Source: a bacterium | GTDB lineage: Bacteria; Hinthialibacterota; Hinthialibacteria; Hinthialibacterales; Hinthialibacteraceae | Assembly: GCA_963663405.2 (NCBI GenBank) | Contig: CAXXSM010000153.1 | Span: 1-64,000 of the forward strand | Length of the DNA stretch: 64,000 nt | Reading direction: 5' to 3' | Shown here: one piece after another, positions 32,257 to 42,324 of the stretch | How the letters are laid out: every line of letters begins with the position of its first letter | How positions within the stretch are numbered: the first letter of the stretch is position 1 | The notes under the pieces: model-generated | The model's input: only the letters and a program-made list of their open reading frames with translations | Database searches by the model: none | What the model was told of the DNA's origin: nothing | Position numbers and translations under genes: made by a program

Positions 32257-33258
32257 GTGCCGACCTTTTCGCTGGATGAATTAAGCGCAAAATTGGGAGA
32301 AACATACGAAGGAGACGGAGCGCTTCTGCTACACGGCGTCGCGGAAATTACGACGGCGAAAGAGGGGGATCTCTCTTTTGTCGCGAATCCCAAATACATA
32401 CAGAATATCCCGGATTGCCGGGCTTCCGCATTGATCGTACATAAGGATCTAGAAACCGATTTCCGGCCCGTGATTCGTTCGATCAATCCTTATCTGACAT
32501 TCACCCGCGCCTTGACTTTATTTCATCAAGACGATCGAAAAATCGCCCGTGGCGCGCACTCCACCAGTCAAATCGCGGAGAGCGCCCAGCTAGGCGCTGA
32601 CCTGACGGTTATGGCTCATGCGATTATCGAGGAACGAGCTGTCATCGGCGACCGGGTCGTTATCTATCCCGGCGTTTATATTGGAAGCGGCGCCACGATC
32701 GGAAACGATGTGACACTCTATCCAAACGTCTCGATTTATGACGGATGTGTCATTGAAGACCGGTCTATCCTGCATGCGGGATGCCGCGTTGGCATGTCCA
32801 CAGGAGAGATCCCCTCAGAGGGACCGCCACCGGTAAAACTGGAGGCGGATGTCGAATTGGGAGCGAACGTAGTCATCGCCGGTTCACCGCAACCGCCCAC
32901 CGTGATAGGCGAGGGAACGAAGATTGACAATCTGGTCCAGGTCGGCGCGGGCGCGAAGATCGGCCCGCATTGCATCATTGTCGCGCAAGTTTCCCTTGGT
33001 GATCACGTAACGTTAGGCGAACGAGTGACCATCGCGGGGCAAGTCGTTGTGTCGCCAGGCTTAACGATCGGCGCGCAATCTCAAATCGGCGCGAAAAGTG
33101 TAGTAATTGAGGATGTCCCCGCCAATGCCGCCTATTGGGGTGTGCCCGCCCAGCCACACCGGGAGGAGAAACGGCTCAAAGCGAACTTAGCGAGAATGCC
33201 CCGGTTATTTGAAAAAATACGCTCTCTCGAAGAGCGATTATCTGGAATAGAAGAATAA
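32257..33258 (+). CDS. lpxD: LpxD-like hexapeptide-repeat protein with degenerate catalytic motifs
   Basis: LSFVANPKY N-domain, hexapeptide repeats and KIDNLVQ. Lacks DGFG, IDR and the catalytic His. Confidence 0.8.
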   Translation: MPTFSLDELSAKLGETYEGDGALLLHGVAEITTAKEGDLSFVANPKYIQNIPDCRASALIVHKDLETDFRPVIRSINPYLTFTRALTLFHQDDRKIARGAHSTSQIAESAQLGADLTVMAHAIIEERAVIGDRVVIYPGVYIGSGATIGNDVTLYPNVSIYDGCVIEDRSILHAGCRVGMSTGEIPSEGPPPVKLEADVELGANVVIAGSPQPPTVIGEGTKIDNLVQVGAGAKIGPHCIIVAQVSLGDHVTLGERVTIAGQVVVSPGLTIGAQSQIGAKSVVIEDVPANAAYWGVPAQPHREEKRLKANLARMPRLFEKIRSLEERLSGIEE

Positions 33259-34559
33259 TGGTTGAATATCAAAAATCGATCGCTGGAGAGGCCAGTGTAC
33301 GCGGTGTCGGTTTGCACACCGGACAGGAAACGACAATCACATTTAAGCCCGCCACAGCGGGATCGGGAATCCGTTTTATACGCGCCGATCTTCCGGGAAA
33401 ACCGGAGATCGAGGTAAAAGCGGAAAACGCGGTCTTGGAAGATTCGCTGTATCTCACTTCCCTGGGCGCCGAAGAGAACCAGATCTTAACAGTCGAGCAC
33501 GTGTTGGCGGCGTGTACAGGTTTAGGGATCGACAACATTGCGATCGAACTCTCTTCGAACGAACCACCGATCGGGGACGGAAGCGCGCTGCCTTTTGTGG
33601 AAGCGATACAGAAAGCAGGCATTATCAAACTGGACCAGCCCAAAGAATACATCGAGGTCCAAGAGCCGATCTGGCTGTTTGAGAATGGGCTCGAGCTGGC
33701 GATTATTCCATCCCAGCGCTTGGAAGTCACATATAAAATAGACTACGATCACCCCGCAGTCGGGATTCGTTCGGCTTCGTTTTTGGTGACGGAAGAGATC
33801 TTCGCCGAGAAGATCGCGCCCGCCCGGACATTCTGTTTTCTCAAGGATATAGACATCCTGCGAAAGCAGGGAAAAATTAAAGGTGGGAGTCTTGAAAACG
33901 CGATCGTCATTGGAGAGCAGGATTTTCTCAATGAAGAACTGCGTTTCCAAGATGAAATTGTCCGGCACAAGATCCTTGATGTGATCGGCGATTTGGCGCT
34001 CTTAGGAAAACCGCTCAAAGGTCATGTGATCGCCGTCCGGTCCGGACACGCGTTTAATATCCGATTCGTGCAAAAAGTCTTACATACTTTGAATGGAAAT
34101 GTGAAAAAAGGAATGCCAAGTCTTCCTATCTACGCACAACAAATCCGCCAGATTCTCCCTCATCGATACCCATTTCTTTTAATCGATCGCGTCATTGAAA
34201 TGGATTACAAAGAACTTCGAGTCGTTGCGATTAAGAACGTGACGAACAATGAAGAATTTTTTAGCGGCCATTTCCCAGATGAGCCAGTCATGCCGGGAGT
34301 GTTGTTGATCGAAACGATGGCGCAGGCTGGAGGAGTGCTGCTCTTAGGGATGGACGAAAACCGGGGCAAGATCGCCTATCTGGTGGGAATCGACAACGCG
34401 AAAATCCGTCAGCGCGTAGTTCCAGGGGATCAGCTTGTGATTGAGACACAGATTATGAAAATGCGCAAACGGATCGGGAAAGTAAAAAGCACGATCCGTG
34501 TGGAAGACCAAATCGTCGCGGAAGCCAATCTTCTTTTTTCAATTGGAACGGATTCGTAA
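33258..34559 (+). CDS. lpxC/fabZ: Bifunctional LpxC/FabZ
   Basis: GVGLHTG, TVEH and HKILD; HRYPFLLIDR and GHFPxxPVMPGV. Confidence 0.95.
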   Translation: MVEYQKSIAGEASVRGVGLHTGQETTITFKPATAGSGIRFIRADLPGKPEIEVKAENAVLEDSLYLTSLGAEENQILTVEHVLAACTGLGIDNIAIELSSNEPPIGDGSALPFVEAIQKAGIIKLDQPKEYIEVQEPIWLFENGLELAIIPSQRLEVTYKIDYDHPAVGIRSASFLVTEEIFAEKIAPARTFCFLKDIDILRKQGKIKGGSLENAIVIGEQDFLNEELRFQDEIVRHKILDVIGDLALLGKPLKGHVIAVRSGHAFNIRFVQKVLHTLNGNVKKGMPSLPIYAQQIRQILPHRYPFLLIDRVIEMDYKELRVVAIKNVTNNEEFFSGHFPDEPVMPGVLLIETMAQAGGVLLLGMDENRGKIAYLVGIDNAKIRQRVVPGDQLVIETQIMKMRKRIGKVKSTIRVEDQIVAEANLLFSIGTDS

Positions 34560-34566
34560 AAGACTT

Positions 34567-34797
34567 GATGATTCAAGATCACAACGCCTAAATAAAATAT
34601 GAGTCGCGGGAGTGGTAGGGTGGGTTACGCTTTATCGACCCACCGGGAATGATTCACAAAAATGGCGCCTCAAAAAGACACGACCCACCCTACAAACTCA
34701 TTTTCATATAAACCATCACGATTGAGATCACAACCACAGATGATAATGAGTTGCGGAAGAAATTGCGAATGAGTGAGCCTTAGGAACTCATTTTCAT
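34567..34797. repeat. Tandem family D hairpin repeats; the first contains an inverted REP doublet
   Basis: Motif gatcacaa...atgag...aactcattttcat at 34567-34707 and 34715-34797; REP arms at 34615-34644 and 34682-34693. Confidence 0.7.
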
Positions 34798-34956
34798 ATA
34801 AAAAAGCGTTATAATGTCAGCAAGATCGTGGTATAGTATTCGGTGAACCGGGGATTGTGCTAAAATCGACTGAATGTGAGTGGAGACTTTTGTTTTGCCG
34901 CGAGGTCAATTGAAGGGGACGCAATACCCAAACAATTGAAGAAAGAATAGAATCTA

Positions 34957-35733
34957 ATGACAATGATAGACAGTTCCGCAATCATTCATCCTCACGCTCA
35001 AGTGGGAGAGAACGTCGAGATCGGTCCCTATGCGATCGTTGGAGAAAACGTAAAAATTGGATCCGAAACAATAATCGGACCTCATGCGGTTTTGGAGGGT
35101 TGGGTGACGCTGGGGAGAAACTGCCGTATCGGCGCAGGCGCCGTAATCGGAAGCGAACCTCAGGATCTGAAATTCCGCGGGGATCCAAGTTCCGTCGTCA
35201 TCGGCGACAATACGACGATTCGGGAATACGCCACCATCAACCGCGCGACTTTCGAAGGGGAATCCACAATCGTGGGCAGCAATTGCCTGGTGATGGCCTA
35301 TTGCCACATCGCGCATAACTGTGTCTTGGAAGATCGTGTGATTATGGCGAGTTTCGCGGGTTTGGCCGGTCACATCCGGATTGAACAGAACGCGATTATC
35401 GGTGGATTAGTCGGCGTTCACCAATTCGTCCAAATCGGCCGCAGCGCGATCATTGGCGGGGGCGCCGCCGTGCGGAAAGATATTCTTCCCTATACTTCAG
35501 CCAGCGGTAATCCATGCAAATCCAAAGGGCTGAATATCGTCGGTTTGAAACGCGCCAATTATTCCCCCGAACGGATCTCGCAATTAAAGAAAGCCTACCG
35601 GATTATTTTCCGTTCAAAATTAAGTGAAGAAGAGGCGATCGAACGGCTCCAGGAAGAGATGGGCGAGGTTCCTGAAATCAAACAGATGATTGATTTTATA
35701 AGTGGCTCGAAACGAGGATTGGCGCGGATGTAA
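34957..35733 (+). CDS. lpxA: UDP-N-acetylglucosamine acyltransferase
   Basis: PQDLKF, IREYATINR, HIAHNC, HQF and GLN. Confidence 0.95.
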   Translation: MTMIDSSAIIHPHAQVGENVEIGPYAIVGENVKIGSETIIGPHAVLEGWVTLGRNCRIGAGAVIGSEPQDLKFRGDPSSVVIGDNTTIREYATINRATFEGESTIVGSNCLVMAYCHIAHNCVLEDRVIMASFAGLAGHIRIEQNAIIGGLVGVHQFVQIGRSAIIGGGAAVRKDILPYTSASGNPCKSKGLNIVGLKRANYSPERISQLKKAYRIIFRSKLSEEEAIERLQEEMGEVPEIKQMIDFISGSKRGLARM

Positions 35734-35774
35734 CTGCGAAGCGGATTTTTTTAATACATATATTTTCCAACCTT

Positions 35775-37733
35775 TTAGGAAGGTTGTCTTACGGCAAAGA
35801 TCACAATCGAACCAGGATTATTAGGATCGGCGTCAAACACCGGTTCGAGAAACACCCCGCTAGCTCGATTCACCCAGTTTTGCAATTCCTCTCCCAACGG
35901 CCATCCCAACGGCCCGTAGCCTTGATGAAGGCGTTCCAATTCCATGCGATTATACACTACATGCGAAACGGTTGGAGGCAATTCTGTCTCCAGCGGATGA
36001 TGATTAAATACTGTTGGCGCGATAACATTGAATTTGGCCCCATACGTCTGCGCTTCGCCTATGAAAAGCACATCCCGCACATCCGGGCGCCGGAACGGCG
36101 CCGCGCGCGCGTCGAGCTCCATGAGCCGGTTCAATTCCGCGATCGCACGGTAATGAGGGAGGTGTTGGGCGAAGTACTCACTTTCATACGTGGGAGTAAA
36201 CATCTGCTCGACTGTCATGCGATTCAACGCAAGCGGCGCCAAAGTCCATAACTGAAACGCAAGCACAAAAACGATGACGCCATGATAGAGAATCTTTAAT
36301 TCTTTTTGAGCGATCGCTTTTAGCCCTAGAAATGGGAGCAAAGTGAGCATGGGAAGCAATGACGCTAGAAAACGATCGTTGCGCTGGGTCGCAAAGAACC
36401 AAGCGACATACACTACCGCCATAAATAGTAAAGACCGTGTAACAGGGCTCTCTTTCCGGATAGAGAGTAAAGCAGGCGCGCCTAGCGTCCAAAGGCAGGA
36501 AAAACCGGTTTTGGCAAATTCGGGAAAGCTTTTAATAAAGGGAAGCAGGAAAAAATAGACGGCCAATGGCCATTCGATCTCCGAATGAGGCCGGTGAGCT
36601 ACCCGGAACAGATCAAAAAAGTAGGCGGGGAGGCCGCCAAACAGCTCCGGTAAAAGGGGATACACCGGATTGTGATAGATCAGCAGATTGCGAATCAGCC
36701 AAGGAGCAAATAAGAGAGCGGCGCCACAGATTGCCAGAAACATAGGTTTAATCAAATCCCTCCGCCCCAACATAAATCCATCGTATAGAATCAATGCAAG
36801 GAATGGAGCGAGGATGGAAATGATAGCGATATATTTGGCTCCCAGACCGAATCCAAGAGCGGTGATCATCATATATAGATCGATCGATCGTTTCTTGTGG
36901 CGGAATCGTTCGTACGCGAGTAACAATACGGCGGTGGAACAGGCGAGCGCGATATCGATATTGGCGGAAAGAACCATGCGCATCACCTGACCCGTTCCGA
37001 GAAATACCGCCGGGACGGTCATCCATTCGGAAATCCCCCACATCTTCGCCAGCCGTATGACAGCCAGCGCTGTCAAGAATGCGAACACCAAGTTCACCGT
37101 TTTGCACCCGGTCGTACTTTCCGCCGCGATGGGCCAAAGATAGAGCATCTCCACATTCATTGGAAACGCGGCGTAGACGTTGTAGGGAAACGCGATCCAG
37201 GCGCCCGCGCGTAAATATTGCTGCGGAACAGCGAGATGGTATTCGTGGGCGTCGTATCCGATTGGAGGGGAGAGGGAAGCGGCCACCGCCATCATTCCAG
37301 CGGTGGCTAATAAAAACCATGAGCAAAAAGGTTTTTCCAGCGAAAATTGGACGCCGCCACCGCGCCAAGCCTGAACGAGTCGTCCTTTCCACCAACGGAG
37401 AGAAATAATCAATGAGAGCGCGGAAAGAGAATAAAGCGTGAGGGGATAGGCGATCCACAAAGTCAACAAGAGAAATGCGGCGGCGCTGGCCAGCGCAAGA
37501 GCCAAAAAACTTCTATAGAGAATGCGCTCGGAAGACGTGAGTTCATTTTCCCCCCCGGCGCGTTGGAGCAGAAACGCAGCGAGTGGATAAAACGTTAAAA
37601 GAGGAAGCAATCCAGGGATGACCGCCCGCAGTTTGAAGAGCGGCCCCAGCAAAAAAATGTGATTGTTCCAAAGAAAAAATACTAAAATGAGGCCAAGGAA
37701 AAGAAGCGTTAGAGGGATCTGTAATGCTTTCAT
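35775..37733 (-). CDS. GT-C-like multi-pass membrane glycosyltransferase
   Basis: YDAHEYHLAVP, FPMNVEML, GAKY and PWLIRN...NPVYP; the start overlaps the ruvX stop. Confidence 0.7.
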   Translation of the reverse strand: MKALQIPLTLLFLGLILVFFLWNNHIFLLGPLFKLRAVIPGLLPLLTFYPLAAFLLQRAGGENELTSSERILYRSFLALALASAAAFLLLTLWIAYPLTLYSLSALSLIISLRWWKGRLVQAWRGGGVQFSLEKPFCSWFLLATAGMMAVAASLSPPIGYDAHEYHLAVPQQYLRAGAWIAFPYNVYAAFPMNVEMLYLWPIAAESTTGCKTVNLVFAFLTALAVIRLAKMWGISEWMTVPAVFLGTGQVMRMVLSANIDIALACSTAVLLLAYERFRHKKRSIDLYMMITALGFGLGAKYIAIISILAPFLALILYDGFMLGRRDLIKPMFLAICGAALLFAPWLIRNLLIYHNPVYPLLPELFGGLPAYFFDLFRVAHRPHSEIEWPLAVYFFLLPFIKSFPEFAKTGFSCLWTLGAPALLSIRKESPVTRSLLFMAVVYVAWFFATQRNDRFLASLLPMLTLLPFLGLKAIAQKELKILYHGVIVFVLAFQLWTLAPLALNRMTVEQMFTPTYESEYFAQHLPHYRAIAELNRLMELDARAAPFRRPDVRDVLFIGEAQTYGAKFNVIAPTVFNHHPLETELPPTVSHVVYNRMELERLHQGYGPLGWPLGEELQNWVNRASGVFLEPVFDADPNNPGSIVIFAVRQPS

Positions 37734-38158
37734 GGTGTTTGTTTTGAATCCAAATAGCCTTGTAAAATCCATACCGCCGCTGTTTTATCAATAACTTGTT
37801 TGCGCTTTTTCCGGCGGACATTTCCATCGAGCAGAGCCCGTTCCGCCGCGTGGGTAGAGAATCGCTCATCCCACGTTCGAACGGGAACGTTCAATCGCTC
37901 GCGCAGAAGACGCGCAAACCGTTTCGCTTGTTTTGCCATATCCCCCAGGGATCCGTCAAGGCGTTTCGGCAACCCGATGATGATTTCACCTGCTTTTTCT
38001 TCCTTGACAATCGCTTCGAGTTTTTGGAGATCTTCCTCTTCGTCCTTACATTCGATCGTTCCATAGGGCTGCGCGGTTAGGCGCAGCTCGTCGGAAAGTG
38101 CCAAACCTATCCGTTTGACGCCGAAATCAAGAGCAAGGATTTTATTCTGTTCCGTCAT
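37730..38158 (-). CDS. ruvX: YqgF/RuvX pre-16S rRNA nuclease
   Basis: LALDFGVKRIGLALSD, DERFST and IDKTAAVWILQ. Confidence 0.95.
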   Translation of the reverse strand: MTEQNKILALDFGVKRIGLALSDELRLTAQPYGTIECKDEEEDLQKLEAIVKEEKAGEIIIGLPKRLDGSLGDMAKQAKRFARLLRERLNVPVRTWDERFSTHAAERALLDGNVRRKKRKQVIDKTAAVWILQGYLDSKQTP

Positions 38159-38406
38159 GATTGTTATGTATTTGACTTTGATACATTTCTATTGCGATTC
38201 ATTAGGCTATCTCTGGTTGGATGCGCGCGCAAGCGGGGTGAGTATGATATGGCGCCAGAACGAATTGGCTTTGGCGCGCGCCGCTTCTGTTTGAATCACG
38301 GACGGTTCGGAGGTTCATGGATTTCACGGAAAAAAAATCCGTGTTCTCCGAAACTTTTCCATGTCATCCGTGGTTCAAAATGTAGTCTTTTAGCGCCCCG
38401 TCAACT

Positions 38407-38784
38407 TCAAGACAACGTGAGAATATCACATTGTGAATAGGGATCGATTTCTAGAAAGAGTTTTTGAACCGTTACTGCAGGCACTTTCCGCTTATCTACG
38501 ACTTCCATTTTGACAAGACCGGCGGCTTCCAATTTGGCTAGAGTGCGGGTGACGTTTGACGCCGCCCGTCCGGTTAGTTCCGCGAGTTCCGCAATGGATT
38601 GGGGGCGCTTATCGCGGATAACGGAAAGGAGGTTCCGGTTTTTTGGCGTCAACAACCGAATCAACGCTTCAATCGAATTGAAACTCGGAAGCGCCGCATC
38701 ATCAGGGGCTGTTTTTTCCCCCCGCGCTACAGCTCGCATTTCTCGTTCGAGTGAATCCAGATTCTGAATTTTATACTGATTCAT
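38407..38784 (-). CDS. Winged-HTH (MarR-like) antitoxin-type regulator
   Basis: SFNSIEALIRLLTPKNRNLL...PQSIAELAELTGRAASNVTRTL. Confidence 0.8.
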   Translation of the reverse strand: MNQYKIQNLDSLEREMRAVARGEKTAPDDAALPSFNSIEALIRLLTPKNRNLLSVIRDKRPQSIAELAELTGRAASNVTRTLAKLEAAGLVKMEVVDKRKVPAVTVQKLFLEIDPYSQCDILTLS

Positions 38785-38795
38785 TTTGATTTTCT

Positions 38796-38880
38796 CTATT
38801 TCTCTTCCGTATCTTGTACAGTCTCGGAAATACCGTGTTCTTTCAGAACACGGCGCACTTCTCGGAAAAAATCAGCCAAG
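38796..38880 (-). pseudogene. C-terminal stub of the cognate toxin (DUF6516/TumE-like)
   Basis: LADFFREVRRVLKEHGI resembles the end of toxins paired with this HTH type; the upstream sequence does not look homologous. Confidence 0.5.
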
Positions 38881-39319
38881 ACAATTACTATTCTTTCTAT
38901 TCTATCTTGGGTAACAGTATAAATAGCGTTATGAAAAGGCACAATGAAAAACCGAAAGAATATAATTCGAATCTGCGTTGGATGGTGTTCACAAGATAGA
39001 ATAGAGGCGCATATCGCTTCTGTTTGAATCACGGATAGATCGGATTTTCGCGGATTTCACGGAAAATACAACCCGTGGTCTCCGTGGCTTTTCCGTGTGA
39101 TCCGTGGTTCAAACATATGAAGACATCATTAAGAAATAATGAAATTGATAGTTTCCTGCTTTCTCTGTATACAGGATTTTTCTTATATTTAACCTTGCCC
39201 TTGGTTAACGCCGCTTCTGTTTAATTCACGGATAGCTCGGAGATTCATGGATTTCATGGAAAAAATCCGTGGCCTTGGTGGCTTTCCCGCGTGATCCGTG
39301 GTTCAAACACGTGAATGCG

Positions 39320-40330
39320 TCATTGTATAAAAAGCGCTTGCATCCCACCCTGATTTATCGTGAAAGTATAGCGAGGCTGGTTAGATGCTATCTTGATTGT
39401 TACGTATGCTTTTGTTTCCGTATCCCAGGCTTTCAAGTTCCTTTTCTGGGGGCCTTGGACGATCGATATATCTTTCGGATGGATTTGGATTATCGTGGAT
39501 TCATTTTTTTTTAGAACCGATTTAATGGTTTGACAGGCGAGGGTGGATTCAACTTCATGACGGAGGGCGGGATGCCAGGGACCGGCGATGATTTTGTCCG
39601 TTCCTTCCCCATGTTGATCGGAGAGGGCGAGGCCCACACGGGCGATGGGGATTTTGTTCCGATGGAATTCAGAGAGCGCCAGGCCGCATTGTTCGATCGC
39701 GTCCTCCAAAGAGAGTGGATGGTAGGCGCCGGAAATGTAGAGACGTTCAAGGGGGGTTCCTTTGAGTACTAATGTAGGGGCGATGCGGATGAAATCAGGA
39801 CGAATTTGAACCGTTTCTTGAATCGTTTCCTTCCAAGAATCCGCGTCCTGCCCGGGTAGGCCGCACATGAGGTGCAGTCCGAGTTGAAATCCGGTTTCTT
39901 GGATGCGGTCGCAGGCTCGCTGGGTGTCTTGAGCCGTGTGGCCCCGCGCGCTTTTCCGCAGGACATTGTCATCGAAGGATTCAGCGCCGAGTTCGATCGT
40001 GCGGACATTGTTTTTTTTTAAATACTGGAGAACGTCCGATGATACCCGGTCGGGACGGGTGGAGATACGGACACCGGAGACGTGTGGCAGTTGTACGAAA
40101 GGAGCGATCGTTTGGAAGCATTCGTCCATTTCCTTTTGGGAAAGAGCGCTGAAGGCGCCGCCGTAGAACGCAATCTCCCATTCAATATCTTTTTGCACAT
40201 TCTCCAAGGTCCGCAGGCGGGCTATCCATTCGTTCCGTTCGTCTATCGTTCCGGTCACAAGAGGTTGATTGCAATAGATACACGTGTGGGCGCATCCTTG
40301 GTGGGGAAGATAGAGGGGCAGGACCTTCAT
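39320..40330 (-). CDS. Radical SAM protein (Elp3/YhcC-like)
   Basis: CAHTCIYC, AFYGG, ISTRPD, IELGAES and GPWHPA; coupled to rnc. Confidence 0.9.
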   Translation of the reverse strand: MKVLPLYLPHQGCAHTCIYCNQPLVTGTIDERNEWIARLRTLENVQKDIEWEIAFYGGAFSALSQKEMDECFQTIAPFVQLPHVSGVRISTRPDRVSSDVLQYLKKNNVRTIELGAESFDDNVLRKSARGHTAQDTQRACDRIQETGFQLGLHLMCGLPGQDADSWKETIQETVQIRPDFIRIAPTLVLKGTPLERLYISGAYHPLSLEDAIEQCGLALSEFHRNKIPIARVGLALSDQHGEGTDKIIAGPWHPALRHEVESTLACQTIKSVLKKNESTIIQIHPKDISIVQGPQKRNLKAWDTETKAYVTIKIASNQPRYTFTINQGGMQALFIQ

Positions 40331-41076
40331 GAGGGATTGATATCGATCCCGTTCGACTCGATCAACTCGAGCGCGTTTTTCGCGGCGGATTTCTCAGCGC
40401 GTTTCTTACTCTTCCCTTCCCCACGACCGATTTTTTGATTGCGAACGAAGACTTCGATAACAAAATCTTTGTCGTGATCGGGTCCCTCGGCGGAAACCAG
40501 CTGATAGTTCGGCAGAACACCGTGTTCTTTCTGAATTCGTTCCTGAAGGATGGATTTGTGATCGACGATACTTTCTCCACGAACGGCTTTTTCGATCTCT
40601 TCTTCCAGCTGTTCAATGATAAATTCCTTGGACGAGTCGATTCCACAAGAGAGATGAATGGCGGCGACGATACTTTCAAACAGGTTTCCCAAAATAGAAA
40701 AACGGGTACGGCCTCCCGTTTGTTCTTCTCCTTTTCCAAGCAAGAGGTATTGCCCTAATTCCAGAGATTGGGTTCGTTGAGCAAGGATGCGTTTACTGAC
40801 GACGACGGATTTGATTTTTGAGAGCTGACCCTCACGGAGATCGGCGTATTCCTGATAAAGATAATCCGTAACGGTAAAACCGACGATCGCGTCACCGAGA
40901 AATTCCAAGCGTTCGTTGCCGAAGCTTTCACAGTCTTCCCGTTCATTGGCGTACGAGCTATGGCAAAGCGCCAAGTGGAGTAAGGCGGGGTCCATTTTGG
41001 GGAATCCAAGCCGGGCCGCTAGTTGAATCATCTCGTTTTCGCGTTCTTTATCATTCAAGGAATTTTTAGTCGTCAT
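40327..41076 (-). CDS. rnc: Ribonuclease III
   Basis: NERLEFLGDA and a dsRBD (GPDHDKDF...GKSKKRAE). Confidence 0.95.
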   Translation of the reverse strand: MTTKNSLNDKERENEMIQLAARLGFPKMDPALLHLALCHSSYANEREDCESFGNERLEFLGDAIVGFTVTDYLYQEYADLREGQLSKIKSVVVSKRILAQRTQSLELGQYLLLGKGEEQTGGRTRFSILGNLFESIVAAIHLSCGIDSSKEFIIEQLEEEIEKAVRGESIVDHKSILQERIQKEHGVLPNYQLVSAEGPDHDKDFVIEVFVRNQKIGRGEGKSKKRAEKSAAKNALELIESNGIDINPS

Positions 41077-41107
41077 ATTTACTTTCAGGCTCCATCGATT
41101 CGCCTGC

Positions 41108-41800
41108 TTATTCGTTTCCGTGCAGGGATTCAAACATAAGAGACGCTACCGCGTTTTCGCGTTTCGAGAACAGGGGCGCCATTTTGCAGAGAGAGGTTTC
41201 CTTTAATAATTCTTCGGCGCGGCTGTTTTTTTTGACGAGGGTTCGAATAACCCATCCCTGATTGAGCAGTTCTTTCACTGTCATCACGTACATCCGAAGA
41301 CCCGATTGGTTGAAAAATCTCGTATCTGTGAGATCCATTAAAAGAAAGCGCCGGCCCGTGGGGATTTTATCGATAGACGATTTGATCCGGGCGGCGGATT
41401 CCATTCCGACCTGTCCATGGAGACGAACATCGAACACCATGCCCGCTTCCACGATCTCGATTGTCAATTCGCCTTCCCGGCGCCGCGCGGCCAAGGCGTA
41501 ATGGGCCGCATCCCATTCCTCTTCGGACGCAATACGAATTTGGAACGATCCATGTCCACCGGTCCGGTTGACGAATGTCTCGATAACATCACAGGAATCC
41601 AGGATCATGCTGGCAGTGAATTCACTACCGTCCCATTGTTCGGGCACGGGGATCATGAAAACCGTCATACTTTTTCCAATCTTCCATGAAGTACGCATTT
41701 CCGCCTGCGATCCTTTGACGGAAACCATGGAAGCGTAGAACACTTCTTTGGATTCTTTTTCACAGCATGCATAGAGTTGTTTCTCGAAAAGGTTCGTCAT
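41108..41800 (-). CDS. Protein with a C-terminal STAS (anti-anti-sigma-like) domain
   Basis: RLHGQV...LMDLTDTRFFNQSGL. Confidence 0.65.
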   Translation of the reverse strand: MTNLFEKQLYACCEKESKEVFYASMVSVKGSQAEMRTSWKIGKSMTVFMIPVPEQWDGSEFTASMILDSCDVIETFVNRTGGHGSFQIRIASEEEWDAAHYALAARRREGELTIEIVEAGMVFDVRLHGQVGMESAARIKSSIDKIPTGRRFLLMDLTDTRFFNQSGLRMYVMTVKELLNQGWVIRTLVKKNSRAEELLKETSLCKMAPLFSKRENAVASLMFESLHGNE

Positions 41801-42195
41801 GAGGGCTTATTCATTCTTGGACGGTTGTTGACTTCTCCCATGTCCTACACATGAATTGAGGAATTGAGAAACATTTTTAAGACTATATCATACTCTCCCT
41901 CCTTCATCCCGCCTACCCATCCAGAAACATGTGAAAAATCACTCTGTTAGATTCATTCAAAACCAATCTACAAATTTGTCTCTCAGAATTCCTTCGTGTT
42001 AGACCGAGTAGCCACGAGGGTTGCTTTAATTGAAAGAATTTGCAGAAATTAAATTCAAATATATTTGGCTGGATTTTTTTTATAAAACCAAAATGGAAGG
42101 GTTGATCTTCGGTCAGATTTTATATACATATAGTAATACGGTTATAATAGGAATTGAAAATAAGATTCATAAATAATCTACTTTATTGGAATTAA

Positions 42196-42278
42196 ATGAA
42201 AATGAGTTCCCACAACTTACTCGTACGCGATTTCTCTTATAACTCATTTTCATTTGCGATTGTGATCTCAATCATGAT
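42196..42278. repeat. Family D hairpin repeat (reverse orientation)
   Basis: 83 bp; its reverse complement aligns without gaps to 34715-34797. A partial copy lies at 62508-62543. Confidence 0.75.
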
Positions 42279-42324
42279 CGTTACTGTTGATTGGATTGTT
42301 TGATGGAGTTGGAGGCGCGTTAAG

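Larger units (their letters stand above)
38289..39309. repeat. Three copies of palindromic repeat family C
   Basis: Copies at 38289-38380, 39021-39115 and 39218-39309, each preceded by cgcttct. Confidence 0.85.

Noticed and set aside
38881-39032. Full 78-aa ORF 38796-39032 as an intact toxin
   Set aside because: Its start lies within a family C repeat and only the last third looks toxin-like.
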